In this document: positions 57,336-64,000 of the stretch, piece by piece | Numbering within the stretch: the first letter of the stretch is position 1 | How the letters are laid out: each line of letters starts with the position of its first letter | NCBI GenBank assembly: GCA_951406725.2 | Contig: OX597820.1 | Span: forward strand, 79,546,001-79,610,000 | Length of the DNA stretch: 64,000 nt | Reading direction: 5' to 3' | From: Octopus vulgaris | Taxonomy: Eukaryota | Position numbers and translations under genes: made by a program | Notes under the pieces: generated by a model | The model's database searches: none | What the model was told of the DNA's origin: nothing | Seen by the model: the letters and a program-made list of their open reading frames with translations, nothing else

Positions 57336-57765
57336 TATTGTGAACTAGCAGAATTGTTAGCACGCCAGGCAAAATGCTTAGTGGCATTTCGTCCATCTTT
57401 ATGTTCTGAGTTCAAATTCTGCCGAGGTCAACTTTGCCTTTCATCCTTTCAAGGTTGATAAACTAAGTACCAGTGAAACAGTGGGGTCAATGTAATTGAC
57501 TAGTCCCCTCCCCACAGGCCTTGTGCTTTTATATAGAAAGGATCATTATTATTATTATTATTAAGGCAGCGACCTGGCAGAATTATTAACACGCCGGGCA
57601 AAATGTTTGGCAGCACTTTGTCCGTCAAAACGTTCTGAGTTCAAATTTTGCCAAGATCCTTTCAGGATTGATAAATTAAGCACCACTGACACACTGGGGT
57701 CAATGTAGTCAACTAGTCCCCTCTCCCAAAATTTCAGGCCTTGTGCCTAGAGTAGAAAGGATTAT
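57336..57765 (+). mobile_element. Two tandem SINE family B copies with (ATT)n tails
   Basis: ctggcagaattgttagcacgcc...gttctgagttcaaattc...actttgcctttcatcc...ggccttgtgc. Other copies at ~5345-5770, 10860-11070, 23935-24290, 24785-25000(-), 36778-36968(-). Confidence 0.8.
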
Positions 57766-57989
57766 TATTATTGTAAGAAACACTAAATTATATTTTTAAA
57801 GATTTAGACACACACACATGTGTGTGTGTGTATTTGTAATTTGAAAGTTGACAACTGCATTGAATTTTTTCAATCCATGTTCATCACAGTACATATATAG
57901 TGATGAATTCTCCCTTCGTCTTTGAGGTATGAAGGGTTTAACCAATATTATAGATGCTAGACTTCCCACTTAATTTGTTTTCAGTGGTG

Positions 57990-59430
57990 AAGACTTCTGC
58001 TTTCTCACATGTGGTAAACTTCCCAGAAAGTTAAAGGAAGACTTAATATGTTCCATCCGTAAAGGAGGAAGCAGAGCAGATGCTAAAAATTATAGCCCTG
58101 TGTCTCCAGCCTTACATATCAGCCAAGTCATGGAATGAATTACCAGGAGGAAGCTGATCATGTTTCTAGAAGAGAATGATTTGCTTTCAAACACCCAGCA
58201 TGATTTCTTCTGCCTGGAAAGGATCTGCTCTCATTCTTGCAGCAGTATGACAGGGTGCTGAAACAACTAATGAATCGCTTAAACATGAATGTGATATATC
58301 TTGATTTTGCAGAGGCTTTTGATAAGGTTGATCTTAGAATGATATGTCATAAACTACGAAGACTCAGCATAGTCAGAAAATTACATGAAGCCAGGCTGTA
58401 ACAGCCAACAAAGCTCTCTCTCCAAAGAGACATTAATAATGAGAGCAGTGTTTCAGGAACTGTCTTGGCACTGCTGCTGTTTGTGGTGACTCTCTTGGGC
58501 ATGCCATGAGTTATATTGGCAGCCATTCCTACTAGCTATAAAGTGATACTACAAAAATAGCACAAACAATCAAGAATCCTCTTGATTTTAATCTTCTACA
58601 GAAAGGTCTTGATGCCATATATAAATGGGCTGAAAAAAAAACAACATTCAATTTAATGCAGGAAAATTCCACGCCTTTTGTTATCAACCAGCTTGTGTCG
58701 ACCTATTGCATTAAAGATATTTCAAACCAGAAAGAACGGTAATCCCAGACTCAAACTTAGGACAGGGAATTGATATAGGCAACATTTCATGTACATATCC
58801 CAAAGATGGTGGCACTGTGCAGGAAAATGGCAGGAAGGAGTCTGAGAACTTTCAGAACAAAGGACCAGGAAACTGTGGTGGTCCTACAGAGGATATTTGT
58901 CTTCAGTCATTAGGACTACTGCTCTCAACTATGAACACCCTACAATGTGAAATTAATTGTGGAACTCAAGGCAATTCAACAGTGCTACACCAAGAAGATT
59001 GCTTCAGAGAGATGTGAGCTACTGAGAGATGTTGAAAGAATAATAAGTTTATTTCTTGGGATGAAGATGGGAAAGATATGCAGTGATATACACGTGGAGG
59101 ATTCTAAGGGCTGGCACCAAACCTTGGCATCTAGGGTTATACCGACTCACAAATAAGATGTCATTGTACAGTGCCAAAGGTGATAACCATCCAGCTAGTG
59201 TAATGACCAGTAAATGCAACCCTGCAATAGCTTGGGATTTAAGAGCCCCACACCTATTTAATATGTTACCAAAATTTATTTATGTTACCAAAAAATCTGA
59301 GAGATCTACATGGAATGGGGGTAGATGTTTTCAAGAAGCACTTTGAGCCTCTGATCCAGATCCCAGATGAGCCTATATCATAGCAAGAAATTCAAATGAG
59401 AGGAGCAATATCAAGGTCCTACATTCATCA
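57990..59430 (+). mobile_element. Degenerate CR1/L2-group LINE reverse transcriptase (ORF2) fragment
   Basis: IRKGGSRADAKNYSPVS...ME*I.RRKLIMFLEENDLLSNTQHDF; NVIYLDFAEAFDKVD; C-terminal IPDEP. Many stops and frameshifts. Confidence 0.85.
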
Positions 59431-60160
59431 AAACCCAACCACATGAAAATGGCTATTGAAGAGGTGATAATAAGGGTGGTACCCCAGCATGAACACAACC
59501 TATGGGCAGGGACACATAAAGGAAAATACATACATGTATGTGCAGCTTTGTTGTTAAGAAGTTCACTTCCCAATGATATGGTTCCAGGTTCAAACCCACT
59601 GTGTGGTACCTTAAACAAGGTATCTTGTACTATAACCCTAGGCTGACCAATGGATTTTGTAGAAGAAACTGAAAGTAACCCATTGAATACATGTGTGTGT
59701 GTGTGTGTGTTTGGCAACCAGTGTTAGATTCTTAGTAGTTTGGCAAAAGAAACTGATAGAATAAGGATCGGGCTTAAGAAAAGTACTGGGGTTAATCTTT
59801 TAGACTAATCTTTAATTCTTCAAGGAGGTGCTCCAGCATGGCTACAGTCCAATAATTGAAACAAGTAAAAGATAAACGATATGTATGTATTTGGTGCTGG
59901 TGTCACATAAAGAGCACCCAGTCCACTCTGTAAAGTGGTTGGCATTAGGAAGGGCATCTAGCTGTAGAAACCATGCCAAACCAGACAACAGAATCTGGTA
60001 TGGCTCCTGACCTTGTCAGCTCCTGCCAAACCAACTAACTCATACCAACATAATATGGTGTATAAGATTATAAAATATATTTTGTGGATGTACAAGTCTC
60101 CATACTCTTTATTATCAACAACAACAACAACAATAATGATTTTTTTTAATAGTTATCAAA

Positions 60161-60201
<41 letters not shown>

Positions 60202-60211
60202 TATGTATATA

Positions 60212-60497
60212 TCACGTGACCGACCAGACCATCAGACGTTGTTACACATCGCTGGTCACAATGCGTTTGCATTGTTTTAGCCTTCGAATGACGCCACCCC
60301 GCTGGCTAAGCAAGCAGGTCAACAGAAGAAAGAGTGGTGAAAGAGTACAGCAGGGATCACCACCCCCTGCCGGAGCCTCGTGGAGCTTTTAGGTGTTTTC
60401 GCTCAATAAACACTCACAACGCCCGGTCTGGGAATCGAAACCACGATCCTGCGACCGCGAGTCCACTGCCCTAACCACTAGGCCATTGCGCCTCCAC
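60212..60497 (-). mobile_element. Young tRNA-derived SINE (tRNA-Arg-like head)
   Basis: Minus strand ggaggcgcaaTGGCCTAGTGGttagggcagtggaCTCGCGgtcgcaggatcgtggtTTCGATTCccagacc, CpG-rich. Older relatives at ~21605-21950(-) and ~53245-53500(+). Confidence 0.75.
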
Positions 60498-61429
60498 ATA
60501 TGTATAAATAGGTATATATAAATATATAGGTATATACCTGTATATATATGTCTGTCTATATATATATATATACATATATACATGTATGCAGGACTTACCT
60601 TTGGCTACCTTTCAGACATGCATGCTGAAATATGCACAGAGAAGATAAGCTGGTCTTCGTCCCCCAACATTAATCCAAATTCTGTCTCACTGGCCCTCAC
60701 CTGTATTAATTTAACTTAACTAGATTTAATTTAATTTAACTTGATTAATTTATTTAACCTGATCTAATTTAACTGATGCTGGCTCCATCTCTCCTTTCTC
60801 CTGTCATTCTCTTTGTTAACACTTATGAATTTGCTTTGATGTTTACTTATCTGCAATGTGCCCACCCTTTCCCACCCCCACCACCTATACTGGAAATCTC
60901 TCTTCTGAACTGGAAACTCTCATGGCAACCCTTCCTCTGCCACCACCACCACCACCATCCCCCCTGTAGTGTCACCCACATTGCTGCAACACAAACGCTG
61001 TACCTTGTTACTTCACCCCCAAAGAAAACAAAACTAACCATGACCATGCGGCACTTAGTTTATTGCTTAGTCAATTAGCCAACTAATTATATGTAATGAA
61101 TTAATTGCCCTACTCTTATTTATTTGTTTAACTTATTTAATTTGATTAATTGTATTTGTACTAACACCTCTTGTACTAAAGGGGGAGCAGCGAATGTAAT
61201 ATGAATGATGTAATATGAATGATGGGAGATTGAATGTAATATGAATGATGGGAGATTAAATGCAAGGATACCTATTATGACATGTCTGTTTGCAAATGCA
61301 TTTTAGAATCTTCCTTTTAGGTGCCAAAAGCTGCAGATCCCCCACCTCATCTTACCTCCTGTTTCCCCATACATCCCTTCAGAGTTGGCATTGCCAGTAT
61401 AGGCATTTTGAAAGGTAAGTCTGGTCAGA

Positions 61430-61820
61430 TTGTTGAGACGCTTGAATGGAGATATGTGGAAGGAACCTGTTGAAGAGGTAGACTCAGGAAGACATGGGAC
61501 CAGGTGGTGAAGCATTACCTTCAAATGTTGGGTCTTATGAAGGAGATGACAAGTGATCGTAACCTTTGATGATTTGCTGTGCTTGAAAAGATTTCTCAAG
61601 TGAAATATTAGTTGTGGCCAGTGTCAGTGACATGTAAAAAGTACCCACTATATTCTTGGAGTGGTTGACTTTAGGAAGGGCATCCAGCTGTAGAAAGCAA
61701 GACAAAGTCAGACTGGATCCTGATGCAGCTCTGCAGCTTACCATTTCCTGCCAAGCCATCTAATCTATACCAGCATGGAAAGCAGACGTTAAATGATGAT
61801 GATGATGATGATGATGATGC
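61430..61820 (+). mobile_element. RTE LINE 3' end: ORF C-terminus, 3' UTR and (ATG)n tail
   Basis: VEGTC*RGRLRKTWDQVVKHYLQMLGLMKEMTSDRNL**FAVLEK runs directly into the abundant 'ttaggaagggcatccagctgtagaaa...gttaaatgatgatg' repeat. Confidence 0.75.
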
Positions 61821-61834
61821 CTGATGATAATGAT

Positions 61835-62050
61835 ACACAATGAGCATACCAGAAAGAGATTCTCTTAAATGCCCAGATGGTTCACATGAAGTAGTTGATA
61901 GTTTTTGCTTCCAAATTAGCCAGGTAAATGGTGGCTCTGAAAGTATAGTAGGCAAGATAAGAACATTCTGGAAAAAGTTCATAGAACTTCTGCTGTTGCT
62001 ACTGGCAACAAAGGTCTACAACCCCAGAGTGAAGGGCAAAGTGTAGATAG
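61835..62050 (+). mobile_element. RTE LINE reverse transcriptase thumb-region fragment
   Basis: ORF track 61840-62046 RDSLKCPDGSHEVVDSFCF..GGSESIVGKIRTFWKKFIELL.LLATK...RVKGKV. Confidence 0.7.
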
Positions 62051-62269
62051 TTTACCCTTGTTTGTCATTGAACTACAGCTATTCTGGAGCAGCACCTCAA
62101 ATGGTTTGGTCGAACAAATTGATCTCAGTTCATACTGTCACATCTGCTGCTTATTCTGTTGGTCTCTTATGGGATGTAAACAAACCAATGCCAGTTGTCA
62201 AGTGGTGGTGAGTGGGGACAAACACAAGGCCACACACATATTCATTTTATAATCATGTTGCAGTCTGCC

Positions 62270-62490
62270 AGAATCTATGCACATATTTCCTTTCATGTGG
62301 ACATGATCAGAACATCTTGCTTTTGCAGTTTAGATGTCTGAGTGAAGAGAGTTCTTTGTAATTCTTTTCTCTGTCAGGTATAGCTTGCACTTCCTATTGC
62401 TTTCAAAGTAAGACTTCCACCACTCCAGAATTCTCCACTTGATGCTGTAATCCATGGTGTTTTCCTTCAGGGACCAACATCCCACCACAG
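62270..62490 (-). mobile_element. Penelope-like element remnant, C-terminal GIY-YIG endonuclease region (pseudogenised)
   Basis: Minus-strand translation CWSLKENTMDYSIKWRILEWWKSYFESNRKCKLYLTEKRI...(frameshift)LNCKSKMF*SCPHERKY. This fits the PLE C-terminal pattern W.LK...Y.IKW.I...Y...KC.LCL.EK..I...LN.RSE....CRH..K. Confidence 0.7.
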
Positions 62491-62655
62491 AAAATAGATT
62501 TATCAAAAAGTTTTATCCAATTGATGCCCAATCAGAATGCAGATGTAAAAAATGAAATGAAGCAAAATGATTTAAAACAATATACTTACTTATCTCTATA
62601 AGAATCAACATTTTGCCTTATGAAAAATAAAATTATATTTTACCTTTATATATAA

Positions 62656-62952
62656 CTAGCAGTATCACCCAGCATTGCTCGGGTTTGTAAGGGAAATAAC
62701 TATATAAGCATTTTTAGAGAGTTACTTCCCTTATATAAACCAATCAAAAAATGCGAAAAAATGATGGTAAATTTTTTTATCATCATAGACTCATCGTAGA
62801 CACGCACTAATACCCAGAAGGGCTCGTTATGAATCACGACTATAAGATACCCACTTTTAGTTAAACTGTACCGCAAAATGTGGGAGTAGTTAGGAATCTA
62901 AATCGGAGGAGACAGACTCTCACACACACAACTTCAGTTTTATATATAAAGA
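62656..62952 (-). mobile_element. Non-autonomous Helitron
   Basis: Minus strand a|TCTTTATATATAAAA...hairpin CCCGAGCAATGCTGGG (62668-62683)...CTAG|t, inserted at an A/T junction with no target duplication. Confidence 0.85.
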
Positions 62953-63455
62953 TTAATTTTTCTCAAGTAATGAACAATTGAAGATTATTTTTTATTTCAA
63001 TTTTGATTTGGGTTTGTTACTTACTCCAAGCCATTTCACATTACATGTTCTGAAGAGTCAAAAGACGAAAGTCTAATAAAATAGAATTTCTGAATTTGTT
63101 CTTCTTTATTTTTCATTTATTCTATTATTGGGTACAGAAATGGCTGTGCGGTTAAGAAGCCTGCTTTGAATTCACATAGTTTTAGGTTCAGTCCCACCTA
63201 AAGAAGTGTCTTCTACTTTAACCTAGTGCCTTGTAAGTGGATTTAATAGATGGGAACTAGGAGAGACCCATTGTATATATGTATACTATATATTTGTGTG
63301 TGTGTGTGTGTGTGTACCTACCTTTGTTTAGACATCACACTATGGTTGTAAATGAGCATCACTGTCATACAAGCGAGGTTGTCATACCCTGGTTACTATA
63401 CATGCGAGGTTGTTTGTTTCTGGTCTTCCGGGAAAAACATATATGTAACCATAAG

Positions 63456-63670
63456 CACTCACTCCTTCATTTCCTCCCTCCCTCACTCTATCACTCATTC
63501 ATTCACTCCCTCTATCACTCACTCCCTCATTCATTCACTCTATCACTCACTCACTCCCCCTCCCCCTTCCTCACTCCCTCCCTCCTTCATTCACTCACTC
63601 CCTCACTCATTCCTTCACTCCCTTACTCCCTCCCTCACTCAGGCCTTCACTCACTCACTCCTTCACTCAC
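63456..63670 (+). repeat. Degenerate (CACT/CCCT/CATT)n tetranucleotide repeat
   Basis: cactcactccttcatttcctccctccctcactc... directly visible. Confidence 0.9.
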
Positions 63671-64000
63671 ACAAACCTTTGTTATGCGGCCAAGTTATGA
63701 AATACTTTCCCCATTTTATTTTCCAATTGCAAACTTCCACGGTTTAATAAGACATATTTTGTTAACTGCTTTTATCAGATTACTTGGAGTCAGCTTTCTA
63801 CTCGTGCTGCTTAAATTATTACTATATTTAACTGTTTTAGCTTTTGCTAGACTTACAAAGATATTTTGCCAATGTTATGAAATCGAAATCTTTATTATCT
63901 TTGGCAATTTTGATTGCTTGTGTCTTCATCATTGTTTAAAGTTGTGGTCACAAGATATGATTGAGGCATCACATAGCTACAAGTAGCCCAGACATTTAAA

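Noticed and set aside
60420-60497. Possible tRNA-Arg gene on the minus strand
   Set aside because: It continues into a SINE body and has no proper acceptor stem.
60599-60624. Minus-strand 26-nt segment with tttcag acceptor and gtaagt donor
   Set aside because: No partner exons or recognisable protein were found in the window, so it cannot be supported as a second gene.
63279-63986. 235-aa ORF
   Set aside because: It is composed of SINE sequence and a (CACT)n repeat.

Overview
This is AT-rich, repeat-dense eukaryotic genomic DNA. The SINE, microsatellite and LINE content suggests a coleoid cephalopod, probably Octopus (inference). The only host gene I can support is the AP-2 adaptor alpha subunit (alpha-adaptin) on the + strand. 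It has 20 constitutive coding exons from 1277 to the stop at 39422 (2574 nt, 857 aa, all splice phases consistent); the N-terminal exons lie upstream of the window. The gene contains a minor-spliceosome AT-AC intron (32937-33713) and a candidate 18-nt microexon in the hinge (30383-30400). The most unusual signal is a three-copy family of fold-back retroelements (16495-16956, 42868-43876, 45138-45526). Each has a tRNA-derived Pol III head, a minimal type I hammerhead ribozyme motif in both inverted arms, and a ~35-nt one-sided tail. These are hallmarks of a SINE mobilised by a Penelope-like element (PLE), and a PLE endonuclease remnant lies at ~62270-62490. The rest is tRNA-SINEs, RTE/CR1/R4 LINE fragments, mariner and piggyBac-type MITEs, a non-autonomous Helitron and a 4.2-kb TA-rich satellite. 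Nearly all long ORFs in the supplied track are microsatellite artefacts. Repeat boundaries are approximate, while exon boundaries were read base by base.
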